64,000 nt of DNA from the NCBI GenBank assembly GCA_964644565.1, contig CAZXWO010000003.1:4613-68612 (forward strand), written 5' to 3'. The position numbers were made by a program, and so were the translations under genes. The stretch comes from an uncultured Thermoplasmata archaeon (GTDB taxonomy: Archaea > Thermoplasmatota > Thermoplasmata > UBA10834). Numbering within the stretch: the first letter of the stretch is position 1; each line of letters opens with the position of its first letter. The notes beneath the pieces are model-generated. The model searched no databases and was not told the DNA's origin. It saw nothing but the letters and a program-made list of their open reading frames with translations. Below are positions 34,457 to 43,598 of the stretch, piece by piece.

Positions 34457-35599
34457 TCAGATGCCTTCGGCCACTTCCTTGACGATGTCAAGGCCCTTCT
34501 CTATGTTCTCCTCCGAGTTGGCGTAGGAGAACCTCAGATGCCCTTCCCCGAGGGAGCCGAACGCGGCTCCGGGAGCGCATATCACTCCCCTCTTGAGTAT
34601 GCGCATCGCGAACTCCTCCGAGCCGATGCCCTGCGAGTAACCGGGGAAGACGTAGAACGCCCCGGTCACCGGGGCCGTGGTGAAGCCCGGTATCTGGGCC
34701 ATCTTCCTCATGGCGAGGTCCCGCCTGCCCCTGAAGAGCTCGAGCAGCTGCCTCCTGTAGGGGGTCTCCATCCTCAGCCCCTCGAGCACCGCGTACTGGG
34801 TTGCGGTCGGGGGACACGCCAGGGTGTAGTACTGGACCTTGGACAGCTGCTGGACGATCTCCTTGGAGGTCGCGACGTAGCCTATCCTCCAGCCAGTTAC
34901 CGCGAAGGTCTTCGAGAACGAGTCGACTATGACCGTGTCGTCGTGGAAGCGCGCGAACGAGCAGTGCTCCCCCTCGTACACGAAGTTGTGGTAGACCTCG
35001 TCGGAGAGTATGTACAGGTGTGCGTCCGTGGCGACCTCGGCGAGGGCCTTCACCGCCTCCTTGGGGAACACCGTCCCGGTCGGGTTGGACGGCGAGTTGA
35101 CTATGATGGCCTTGGTCCTGGGTGTTATGAGGGACTTGATCTCCTCGATGTCCGGGAGGTAGTTGTTCTCCTGGCGCAGCGGATACTCCACAGGCCGGCC
35201 GCCGGCGAGGGCCACGTCTGGCCCGTATATGATGAACCCCGGGTTGGGCACCAGGACCTCGTCCCCCTCGTCGACTATCGTCTCGCAGGCGATCATCATG
35301 CCCTCCGTCGCGCCAGCGGTGACAATGATGTTCTCGAAGACGACGTCCTTCCGGAACCTCTTCAGGCTCTTGGCTATGGCCTCGCGCAGCTCCTTCACCC
35401 CGGCGCTCGGGCCGTACTTGTTGTAGCCCTTGTCCAGGGCCGCCTTGTACGCGTCGATCATCTCCTGGGGGGGCTGGACGTCCGGTTCACCCAGGCCGAG
35501 GTTGATGGAACCCGGTGGGGCGGCCTCGAAGAGCTTCCTTATCCCGGATACCTTCAGTGATGCCACTCGCGGCGGGAACATCGCCATGGTGATGTACAT
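34457..35599 (-). CDS. class I/II pyridoxal-phosphate aminotransferase (aspartate aminotransferase-like)
   Basis: Contains SGIRKLFE, LGLGEPD, NSPSNPTG and SFSKTFAVTGWRIGY (PLP lysine motif). Confidence 0.9.
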   Translation of the reverse strand: MYITMAMFPPRVASLKVSGIRKLFEAAPPGSINLGLGEPDVQPPQEMIDAYKAALDKGYNKYGPSAGVKELREAIAKSLKRFRKDVVFENIIVTAGATEGMMIACETIVDEGDEVLVPNPGFIIYGPDVALAGGRPVEYPLRQENNYLPDIEEIKSLITPRTKAIIVNSPSNPTGTVFPKEAVKALAEVATDAHLYILSDEVYHNFVYEGEHCSFARFHDDTVIVDSFSKTFAVTGWRIGYVATSKEIVQQLSKVQYYTLACPPTATQYAVLEGLRMETPYRRQLLELFRGRRDLAMRKMAQIPGFTTAPVTGAFYVFPGYSQGIGSEEFAMRILKRGVICAPGAAFGSLGEGHLRFSYANSEENIEKGLDIVKEVAEGI

Positions 35600-35725
35600 A
35601 TTCGACCATTAATAGTCCGGGGCTACAAGCCCGGAGCACAAGACGTGCTAGCAACTCGCACGAGGGCCCCAGGGGCCCCGACCTCGACGCTTTGAAATAA
35701 GCACCAGAACAATCAGCCGTGGAAG

Positions 35726-37228
35726 ATGAGAGACCCTCGCACCAGGAGGAAGCCGCTCAAGACCTTCATCGGCGGCTTCGAGATGTTCGGGGCGGAGATA
35801 GTGGATCTCGCCCCCTCGTTCTTCAAGCCCTTCGCCAGGCTCTCCAAGCTCACCCAGAGGTCCATCAAGCTGTCCCTGCCGTTCGCGTTCCTGGTCATAC
35901 TGACCGTGGCCCCGCTCGGACTCGACCAGCAGGTGCAGCACGCCCTCGCCATATTCGTCTGCATCTCGATGCTGTGGACCTTCGGGGCGCTGCCCCTCCC
36001 CGTCACGGCGCTACTGGTCCCCGTCCTCCTGACGTTCTACGGCATCTTCCCGACGGCGGACGCGCTCGTGCCGTTCGCGGACCCGGTCGTGTACCTGCTA
36101 ATGGGCGGCCTCATACTCGCCGAGGCCTTCAGGAAGCACGGCCTCGACAGGCGGCTGGCGTTCTCGGTCGTGTCGAGGTTCGGGGGAAAGGTGAGCATGA
36201 TCCTCCTCTCATTCATGCTCGTCTCCGCCGTGCTGTCCATGTGGATATCCAACACGGCGACGGTGGCCCTTCTCATCCCGGTCGTCCTGGGCATAGCCGC
36301 CCGCGCAGAGAAGGAGAAGGGGCGCCTGTCCGTCCTCTTCCTGCTCGGGGTCGGCATCGGGTCCGCCATCGGCGGCATGGCGACCGTGACGGGCTCTGCC
36401 CCGAACGCGGTCGCGTCCGGGCTCCTCGCGAGGGAGACGGCATGGAGCTTCGTCGACTGGATGATCGTGGGCCTCCCCACGAGCCTGATACTCCTGGTGC
36501 TCGCGTGGGCGCTCCTCCAGAAGGTCTTCCCCATCCAGACGAAGTCCCTCGAGATCGCGCCCGTGAGCAAGGAATTGAAGGAGATGGGCGCGCTGAGCGC
36601 GGGCGAGAAGAAGACCCTGGGCATCTTCGTCCCCACCGTCGCGCTCTGGATCGCCGGGGCGGACATCGGGGCGCTGTTCGGCGTGCCGCCCAGCTTCATG
36701 AGCGCCACCATTGTGGCCCTGGGCGCGGCCGTCCTCCTCTTCGCCACCAAGACGCTCGAATGGCAGGACGCGAGGACCATATCGTGGGACATCTTCCTCG
36801 TGATAGGCGCGGGACTCGCCCTCGGGGAGGGGCTCCAGGAGTCCGGGGCGGCGCAGTGGATGGCCGACCAGATCACTTCGGTGACCGGGGACTTCCACGT
36901 CCTCGTGATCATGCTGATAGTCGCCGCGGTCTCGGTCGTGCTCTCGAACTTCATGAGCAACACAGCGACCGCCGCGATACTCGCCCCTGTGCTGATAGGC
37001 ATGTCCTCGTCCCTGGGGATCGACCCCAAGTTCCTGGTCCTCGCCTGCGCCTTCAGCGTCTCCCTCTCGTTCATCACCCCCATAGGCACGCCGCCTTTCA
37101 CCCTCATATTCTCCACGGGGTTGGTGTCGAGGCGCGACATAGCCCTGGGAGGCATCCGGGTCACCCTGCCCGCGATGCTCATAGTCGTAGGCATGGTGTA
37201 TCTGATGATCGAGTTCGGGATCGTATGA
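35726..37228 (+). CDS. DASS/SLC13-type anion:sodium symporter family permease
   Basis: Carries two SNT motifs (WISNTATVALLIPV and FMSNTATAAILAPV) and many TM helices. Confidence 0.85.
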   Translation: MRDPRTRRKPLKTFIGGFEMFGAEIVDLAPSFFKPFARLSKLTQRSIKLSLPFAFLVILTVAPLGLDQQVQHALAIFVCISMLWTFGALPLPVTALLVPVLLTFYGIFPTADALVPFADPVVYLLMGGLILAEAFRKHGLDRRLAFSVVSRFGGKVSMILLSFMLVSAVLSMWISNTATVALLIPVVLGIAARAEKEKGRLSVLFLLGVGIGSAIGGMATVTGSAPNAVASGLLARETAWSFVDWMIVGLPTSLILLVLAWALLQKVFPIQTKSLEIAPVSKELKEMGALSAGEKKTLGIFVPTVALWIAGADIGALFGVPPSFMSATIVALGAAVLLFATKTLEWQDARTISWDIFLVIGAGLALGEGLQESGAAQWMADQITSVTGDFHVLVIMLIVAAVSVVLSNFMSNTATAAILAPVLIGMSSSLGIDPKFLVLACAFSVSLSFITPIGTPPFTLIFSTGLVSRRDIALGGIRVTLPAMLIVVGMVYLMIEFGIV

Positions 37229-37238
37229 GGAGGTGTAA

Positions 37239-37592
37239 GTGTTGAGAGTCTTGGTTGTGGGCGCTGGCAGGCTGGGCGTGCAGGTGATCGAGCAGCTCAG
37301 GAAGAACCCTGAGATAGAGGTGGTCGTCGCCGACCCGCACGAGAACCCGGAGGCCCTTGCGAGCGGGGTCATAGACAAGGTGGACCTCAGGGTGCACATG
37401 ACCGCGCTCAACTGCGCCGAGGTGGTGGAGGCCGTGAAGCCAGACATCGTCTTCCTGGCCCGGACCCTCGACGACTGGGAGAAGGCGGACACGCCCATGG
37501 GCACCCAGTTGGTCATGGGCATGGAGAAGGAGCTGACGAGGGCGTGCGTGCCGGTCATCCCAGTCTGCGAGGACGTGATGGGGACGCGCTGA
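37239..37592 (+). CDS. stand-alone Rossmann-type (TrkA-N-like) NAD-binding domain protein
   Basis: A GTG start is preceded by GAGGAGGTG. The N-terminus reads LRVLVVGAGRLGVQVIEQL (GxGxxG). It starts 11 nt after the transporter stop. Confidence 0.55.
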   Translation: MLRVLVVGAGRLGVQVIEQLRKNPEIEVVVADPHENPEALASGVIDKVDLRVHMTALNCAEVVEAVKPDIVFLARTLDDWEKADTPMGTQLVMGMEKELTRACVPVIPVCEDVMGTR

Positions 37593-37618
37593 ACGCGCCG
37601 GGACGACGCCGCCCCCGG

Positions 37619-38500
37619 TCAGACCGGCCCCAGGTGGCCCGACATCAGCACGGAGTCCGAGAACGGGCGCACCGGTCCGGACGAGCGCGACAGGCGGACT
37701 ATCCCTGCCTTGGCGACCGTGAACCCGCAGGAGCTGACGACCGCAGCCGCGACCTCGTTTGAGACAGGGGCCATTATGTCCACCCTCTTCGCAGGCACAC
37801 GTGACAGGAGCATGTGCATCATCGCCCCGGCGCTCGCGCGGTCCGGGCGGTCCATGAACCATGGCCCTGCGGCGTTCAGCTTGACCGCGGTCCTCGAGAG
37901 GAGGAGGGCGGTCGCGCGCCCCCCCTCGCGTCTCGCCAGCACCAGGTCAGGCGGAATCCTCCTGATGGCGTTGTCTATGTCTGGTTCCGGGTACCCGGTC
38001 GCGCGGGACAGTGCCTCCGAGACCCCCTCGAGGTCGCCTGGGGGCATCTGCTCGAAGGACTCCTGGCCGTCGGCGGAGGGGCCGGGTTCGTGGGGCGGAT
38101 CCTTGGAGTAGAACGACACGTCCTCGACCCTCCTGAACGAGAACTGGTCGTAGAACCGGACCGCCTCTGGGTTGGCGTGCAGCTCGACGGTGGGGACCCC
38201 CCGGGAGTCGAGTCCGGCCAGGACCTCGCCCATCATGCGCACCCCCACGCCCTTCCGCCTCCAGCCCTTCTTCACGATGACATGGACTATGAAGGCGACC
38301 GCGCCGAAGTCTACGCAGGTGACGAGGCCGACCATGTCCCTCCCGTCGAGCGCGACGACGGAGCTCGCCTGGTCGAGCCTGTGGATCTGCTGTATCTCGG
38401 TGAACTCCCACCCCCAGTTCTCCCGGTCAATAAGCGAGAAGACCTCACTGAGGTGGTGCTCACCCATGCGGACGATGTGCAGATCCCTTCCTTCGACCAT
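37619..38500 (-). CDS. GNAT-family N-acetyltransferase (two-domain)
   Basis: IVKKGWRRKGVGVRMMGEVL is an acetyl-CoA binding motif. The start is taken at MVEGRD, and the track ORF extends to 38545. Confidence 0.78.
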   Translation of the reverse strand: MVEGRDLHIVRMGEHHLSEVFSLIDRENWGWEFTEIQQIHRLDQASSVVALDGRDMVGLVTCVDFGAVAFIVHVIVKKGWRRKGVGVRMMGEVLAGLDSRGVPTVELHANPEAVRFYDQFSFRRVEDVSFYSKDPPHEPGPSADGQESFEQMPPGDLEGVSEALSRATGYPEPDIDNAIRRIPPDLVLARREGGRATALLLSRTAVKLNAAGPWFMDRPDRASAGAMMHMLLSRVPAKRVDIMAPVSNEVAAAVVSSCGFTVAKAGIVRLSRSSGPVRPFSDSVLMSGHLGPV

Positions 38501-38634
38501 GCGGCTGACCCCTACATGCTGGCGCGGTTGCGGGGGAATCCGCAACGGGAGGTTAAAGGTTGGGGGACCTGCGCCCTAAGGGGACAGGTATGAGTATCCG
38601 GCGCGCATAGTGGTCACCGGAGCACGGTGCGTCC

Positions 38635-38862
38635 ATGTTCACCAGGTGCCCCGGGGCGGGGCCGTTCGCCGAGCCCGTCCCCGAGGTGTTCAGGTGCCCT
38701 CACTGCGGGAGGGAGGTCGAGATATTCACGAACGAGCCGTACCTCAGGTGCTACCACTGCGGCGGGATGGTCACCAAGGGCAAGACCCCGAGCTGCTTCG
38801 ACTGGTGCAAGTACGCGGACAAGTGCAAGAAGGAGATCGAGGCGCAGAGGGCCCGCAGGTAG
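38635..38862 (+). CDS. small Cys-rich zinc-ribbon protein
   Basis: Contains CPHCG...CYHCGG followed by CFDWCKYADKC, with a basic C-terminus. Confidence 0.5.
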   Translation: MFTRCPGAGPFAEPVPEVFRCPHCGREVEIFTNEPYLRCYHCGGMVTKGKTPSCFDWCKYADKCKKEIEAQRARR

Positions 38863-38874
38863 GCTGCCCTTCTC

Positions 38875-39987
38875 TCAGAGCGGTTTGGCATAGAATGTGA
38901 AGGTCCTCCGGGTGGTGAAGCCGACCTTCGCGTAGACCCTCATCGCCCTGCTCCTGTTCTCCACCTCCGTGTCGAGGGTCACTTCCTCGACACCCATATC
39001 CCTCAACTGCTTCAACGAGCAGGTCATCAGGTATGTGGTGATTCCTTTTCTGCGCCAGTCCTCCCTGACGCAGATCCTGTTGCTGTGAGCGACCCTCCTG
39101 CCGTACGTGGCGCACTCCTCCTCGTTGACGTAGTTCTCCACCACCCCGACGACCTTGCCCCCCGCTCGCGCGACCCTGCACAGGTCCGGGCGGAAGTTAG
39201 GGGAGCGGAGCCACTCCCCGTACACCTCCTCGGACCACCTCTCCTGGGAGGACCATTGCTCCATCGAGAAGCACTCCCGGAAGAGCGCCCAGACCGCGCC
39301 GTACTCCTCCGGGCGCAGCGGTCCGTAGTCCAGGCCAGCCGGCTCAGGGACATCCCGCACCGAGCCGAGGTCCTTTTGGACCATCTCCAGTAGGTGCCAT
39401 ATGGGGGAATACCCCGATGACTCGACCTTCGTCTTCCAGTCGTTGGGGCCGTCGAACGCCCAGAGCTTGATGTACGGCCGTCCGGAGACCGGGTGGGCCG
39501 ACGAGACCTCCCGGAGACGGGACTCGTTGCTCTCGAACACCGCCTCCATGATCCCCCTGCCTCGCCACTCCGGGAGCAGGTGGACCGAGTGGCCGTAGTA
39601 CTTGGGGTCCGCGTCCCTGGAGTCCCAGGCCAGCTCTGAGTAGCCCACGACCTCGCCGTCCACCTCGACCATCAGGACGTCGGACCTGTGGTCGTGGTCC
39701 GACCGGTCCTCGAGCCATGAGGCGTTGTCCTCCGGCGCCGTCATCCACTCGACCCCGTCAGCCTTCCAGCTGAGGTGGCTTATCCGGGACATCGCCGCGA
39801 TGTCGGATGCATCCCTGAAGCCTCGGAACGACAGGCCCGGGACCTGGGCGCGTATGCGTCCCAGGTGCGGGCATTCGAGCCAGTCAGAAAGTGACATGTC
39901 GGGACACCAATCGGGGACGTATGCCATATTCCTTTCTGGTGACTGGTTCTGCATGAAATCGAGTGCTGCATGTAGGGCGAAGCGCAA
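38875..39987 (-). CDS. tandem GNAT-domain acetyltransferase (MshD-like architecture)
   Basis: Has two GNAT cores (HLLPEWRGRGIMEAV and VREDWRRKGITTYLM). The start is uncertain. Confidence 0.78.
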   Translation of the reverse strand: MRFALHAALDFMQNQSPERNMAYVPDWCPDMSLSDWLECPHLGRIRAQVPGLSFRGFRDASDIAAMSRISHLSWKADGVEWMTAPEDNASWLEDRSDHDHRSDVLMVEVDGEVVGYSELAWDSRDADPKYYGHSVHLLPEWRGRGIMEAVFESNESRLREVSSAHPVSGRPYIKLWAFDGPNDWKTKVESSGYSPIWHLLEMVQKDLGSVRDVPEPAGLDYGPLRPEEYGAVWALFRECFSMEQWSSQERWSEEVYGEWLRSPNFRPDLCRVARAGGKVVGVVENYVNEEECATYGRRVAHSNRICVREDWRRKGITTYLMTCSLKQLRDMGVEEVTLDTEVENRSRAMRVYAKVGFTTRRTFTFYAKPL

Positions 39988-40223
39988 GTACCAAGCGCCA
40001 TGATCGGTCCCCTCATGCCCGATGAGGCATGAGAGCGGGCCGGAGCCGAACTGGACGAGTCACCTGTCGAAGTGGTCAGAAGGGTTACCACCCGACTCTT
40101 GACAGAACCCTGGTGACTAATCATCGGAAGGGTACTTTCACAGCTCTCCCTCCGATACCGAGATTATCCTGGTGAGACATTCGGGCAGAGGCCGGGTCAG
40201 ATGACCCGGCGAGGCAGGAGCGT

Positions 40224-40580
40224 GTGGACATGAGGAAGGAGGATGTGCGAACGGAGAAGGACGTCTTGGAGTACCTCGAGGGCAAGTCGGACTTCGAGAA
40301 GGCGGTTTATCTGGCCACGTTCAGGATCCCGAAGGGTAAGGTCAGCACGTACGGCCGGGTCGCGAAGGCCATAGGGAGGCCGCGCGCCTCCAGGGCGGTC
40401 GCCAACACCCTGCACAACAACCCTCTCTGGCCGGTCGTGCCCTGCCACAGGGTCGTCTGCGCGGACGGCCGGTTCGGCGGACCGAGGGACCAGGCGAACG
40501 GCAGGATGCGGCATGTCATCGAGGAGGGCACTCCGGTGGTCGACGGGAAGGTTGTCCTCACGAAGGACACGCTCGTCTGA
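40224..40580 (+). CDS. ogt: methylated-DNA-protein-cysteine methyltransferase family protein (DNA-binding/active-site domain only)
   Basis: IPKGKVSTYGRVA...NPLWPVVPCHRVV includes the PCHRV active-site motif. Confidence 0.82.
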   Translation: MDMRKEDVRTEKDVLEYLEGKSDFEKAVYLATFRIPKGKVSTYGRVAKAIGRPRASRAVANTLHNNPLWPVVPCHRVVCADGRFGGPRDQANGRMRHVIEEGTPVVDGKVVLTKDTLV

Positions 40581-40612
40581 GCTGGACCGTAACCGATGCG
40601 CATCGCACAGGC

Positions 40613-41443
40613 TCAGCCCGGGACCAGCCGGTCGGCGCCCATGGCCATGACCTCGCGGTGGATCTCGTCGAACCACTGCCGCGCAGAGGCGTACTTCCTG
40701 GCGAGGTCCTCCATGTCCCTCACGAAGTAGAGCCCCTCCAGCCTCTCCGTGACATCCGGCGGCAGCTCGCTGTACAGGTACCTGGTCTGGAACTCGTGGT
40801 GGACGGGGTTGTACCTGACCCTCAGGAGCTCCGTCAGCGACCCGAGCACCACCGCCCTGTACGCGTCGACCGCCTCGATCGCGTGCCCCCTGTTCATCTC
40901 CTTCTGGACGAACACCTGGAACATGTCCATCCTCAGGCGGAGCCTATGGACGCGCTTGGCGACCTTCTCCCTCAGCGCGACCCTGTCGAGCACCGGGACG
41001 GGGACGTCCGTCCCCTTCCTGAACAGGAAGTGCGGGGCGCCATGCGTCTCCTCCTCGAGGAACTTGTCCGGGGCGCCCATCGTCACGACCGCGACGTCCA
41101 GCACCAGGAACTCGCTCGTCTGCTCCAGGCGGTAGAAGGCCTGGTGCACACCAGGGTGCGGCGTCGGGCCGATGTCGTATTTGACAGCGATCGGCGAGAG
41201 GGATTCCAGCGCGCCCTCTATCGCAGCGAAGGCGTCCGCCACCCGGTCATCGTCCACCAACAAGTAGAGGTCCACGTCGGACCACTCGTCCAGCCTGCCG
41301 TAGCCTATCGCGCCCCCTTCCCAGAGCGCGCGGACGTACTCCAGCCGCTCCAGCGAGGACGAGAGACGATCGAGGATGTCCGTCCGGCTCACCCTGCCCT
41401 CCGTGGTCATGCGATGGTCCCGGGAGGCCATGCATCCCCACAC
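40613..41443 (-). CDS. nucleotidyltransferase-domain protein (Pol-beta superfamily) with helical C-terminal domain
   Basis: GGAIGYGRLDEWSDVDLYLLVDD matches the G-x-n-DxD NTase motif. The start could be 41431 (MASRD). Confidence 0.68.
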   Translation of the reverse strand: MWGCMASRDHRMTTEGRVSRTDILDRLSSSLERLEYVRALWEGGAIGYGRLDEWSDVDLYLLVDDDRVADAFAAIEGALESLSPIAVKYDIGPTPHPGVHQAFYRLEQTSEFLVLDVAVVTMGAPDKFLEEETHGAPHFLFRKGTDVPVPVLDRVALREKVAKRVHRLRLRMDMFQVFVQKEMNRGHAIEAVDAYRAVVLGSLTELLRVRYNPVHHEFQTRYLYSELPPDVTERLEGLYFVRDMEDLARKYASARQWFDEIHREVMAMGADRLVPG

Positions 41444-41529
41444 CTATGAACCCTGCGGACGGCGTCCACTGGCCGGCCGGCAAAAAGAACCAAGTAAGAC
41501 CGCGCCCTATCCCGTCAGGGGGACACGCT

Positions 41530-42690
41530 ATGGAGGTCGTGCAACTCGGATGCGGTGTCTGCGGACTGGTGTGCGCAGAGCACCTGGCCAGGAACAGCAA
41601 GGTCGAGCGCCTGATACTGGCGGACTCGAGGGTCTCGGGCGCCAAGGCCCTCCGGGACAGGTTGGACATGGAGAAGGTGTCCGTGATCGAGGTGGACGGC
41701 AGGGACAGGTCCGCCGTCACGGACCTGCTCAGGGGCCGGGACGTCGTCGTCGCCACGATGCCATGGCGCATGAACCGCATGGTGATGGAGGTGGCCGCGG
41801 AGACCGGGACCGACTACGTGGACTTCGGCATGCCGTTCGACAGCACCGGCCCCGACTTCGACCGTTACTCGGCCATGTGCCGCGACGCGGGGATATCCGC
41901 GCTGGTGGGCATGGGCGAGGAGCCGGGCATGTCCGACGCCTTCGCGATGCACGCGGCGGCCATGCTGGACAGGGCAGACGAGGCGCACATCCATGACGGC
42001 GACACGGCGACCGTGGACGGTGTGGACAACTTCTCGCTCTGGTCCCCGGTTGACCTGCTGGACGAGACCAGCGTGCCCGCAGCGGTGTTCAGGAACGGCA
42101 GGATCGAGTTCATACCCCCGCTCAGCGCCAGGAAGGTGTATGACTTCCCGCCGCCGGTCGGTCCGCTGCCCGTCTACAGCACCAACCACGACGAGACCTA
42201 CTTCATGCCCATGGGCATCAAGTCGCTGAGGGAGGCCTCGTTCAACATCGGCATCGACGACAGGTTCGCCCATGCCGCAGAGGTATTCCGCAGGTGGGGC
42301 CTCCTTAGCAAGGAGCCTGTCGACGTGAAGGGGGTCGAGGTCAGGCCGCTGGACGTCGTCGCGGCGATGCTCCCGCCTCCGTCCACTTTCGGCGACAGGG
42401 TGAAGGGAGACACCTGTTTCGTCGTAGACGTCACCGGGGTGAAGGACGGCAGGAGGACCGCCGTCAAGGTGTGGACCATGCTCTCGCACGAGAGGGCGTA
42501 CGAGCTCGCCCGGACGAACGCCGGGGCCTACCTGGTCGGCACCGGCGGCGCGGTCGCCACCGAGATGCTCATCGACGGGCATGTCAAGGACAAGGGCATA
42601 GTGATACCTGAGCAGCTGGACCCCGAGGAGTTCATCAGGCGACTGAGGGAGAAGAAGGTAGTGGTCAAAGAGGAAGTGCGCAGCTTGTAG
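41530..42690 (+). CDS. saccharopine dehydrogenase-like protein (second paralog)
   Basis: The Rossmann start MEVVQLGCGVCGLVCAEHL begins at the internal ATG 41530 of track ORF 41446..42690. Confidence 0.75.
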   Translation: MEVVQLGCGVCGLVCAEHLARNSKVERLILADSRVSGAKALRDRLDMEKVSVIEVDGRDRSAVTDLLRGRDVVVATMPWRMNRMVMEVAAETGTDYVDFGMPFDSTGPDFDRYSAMCRDAGISALVGMGEEPGMSDAFAMHAAAMLDRADEAHIHDGDTATVDGVDNFSLWSPVDLLDETSVPAAVFRNGRIEFIPPLSARKVYDFPPPVGPLPVYSTNHDETYFMPMGIKSLREASFNIGIDDRFAHAAEVFRRWGLLSKEPVDVKGVEVRPLDVVAAMLPPPSTFGDRVKGDTCFVVDVTGVKDGRRTAVKVWTMLSHERAYELARTNAGAYLVGTGGAVATEMLIDGHVKDKGIVIPEQLDPEEFIRRLREKKVVVKEEVRSL

Positions 42691-42703
42691 AACGCGCCGC
42701 CTC

Positions 42704-43444
42704 TCAGGCCTTTCCACTGCGTGACTTCCTCACTGGAGGGGACAGCGCGTCGGTGAGGTAGTTGAGGAACCTGACGAGGGACCAATCGTCGGTCCAGAAC
42801 GCGGTCAGCTCCTCGACGTCCTTCCCCTCGCGGTACTCGCTCGCGAAGAGCATGGTCTTCCGGTCCGCCCTCACGAACAGTATCCTGGGGGGACGGTCGT
42901 CCTGTAGCTTGACGTGGTACCGCGGGTTCATTATCTTTCCTAGCTTCGAGAGCTCTGAGATCTTCTCCGGCTCCATGCACGCGAAGACCACCTCGACCTT
43001 GCGGGCCCGCGCCTTCCTCCACGCGTCCGTGAAGGCGAGCATGTGTTCCGGGGTCCCGGCCACGAAGAGTTCCTTCTTGGCCGAACCTGCGATGTCCTCC
43101 AGCCTGTCCTGCACCCTAGCCTTGCCCCTGACGATCCAGATGTGGACGTCTGAGGCCTCCCTGTGAGGGGTGGACGCAAGCGCCTCGAGGCCCGTCCTGG
43201 CGTCCCTCACGGCGTCGAGGACCCCTGACTCAATCCTGGAGATCGCCAGCTTCGGAGGGAGGGCCCTGAACTTCTTCGGCCTTCCCGTCGAAGTCTCGAT
43301 CACGCCGCGACGCTCTAGCTTCCCGAGGACCCCGTAGACCGCCGACCGGGGAACCCCCGCGACGGCGAATATCTCCCCCACGCTGGCCTCGCCAAGGCTG
43401 GTGAGGGCGGAGAATACTTTAGCCTCATAGGCTGTCAAACCCAA
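42704..43444 (-). CDS. TrmB-family transcription regulator (second copy)
   Basis: GLTAYEAKVFSALTSLGEASVGEIFAVAGVPRSAVYGVLGKLERRGV is a TrmB-type wHTH. Confidence 0.85.
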   Translation of the reverse strand: MGLTAYEAKVFSALTSLGEASVGEIFAVAGVPRSAVYGVLGKLERRGVIETSTGRPKKFRALPPKLAISRIESGVLDAVRDARTGLEALASTPHREASDVHIWIVRGKARVQDRLEDIAGSAKKELFVAGTPEHMLAFTDAWRKARARKVEVVFACMEPEKISELSKLGKIMNPRYHVKLQDDRPPRILFVRADRKTMLFASEYREGKDVEELTAFWTDDWSLVRFLNYLTDALSPPVRKSRSGKA

Positions 43445-43533
43445 GACGATGAGCCTTTCAACGACGTTCTGATGGGCGGCCGTCGAACTCCCCCTTCGAT
43501 ACGCTCACGTAATGCAAGTCCGAAATGGATATA

Positions 43534-43568
43534 TGTTAGTAGCGGTTTAACGGCCGTTCTGTTAGTAG
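43534..43568. promoter_or_regulatory. direct repeat TGTTAGTAG x2 (26-nt spacing) in the trmB/MMPL divergent spacer
   Basis: Copies lie at 43534-43542 and 43560-43568. A TATA-like GATATAT sits just upstream. The MMPL ATG is at 43599. Confidence 0.4.
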
Positions 43569-43598
43569 GAAGATAACAACAAGCACGGAGATGAGGAC

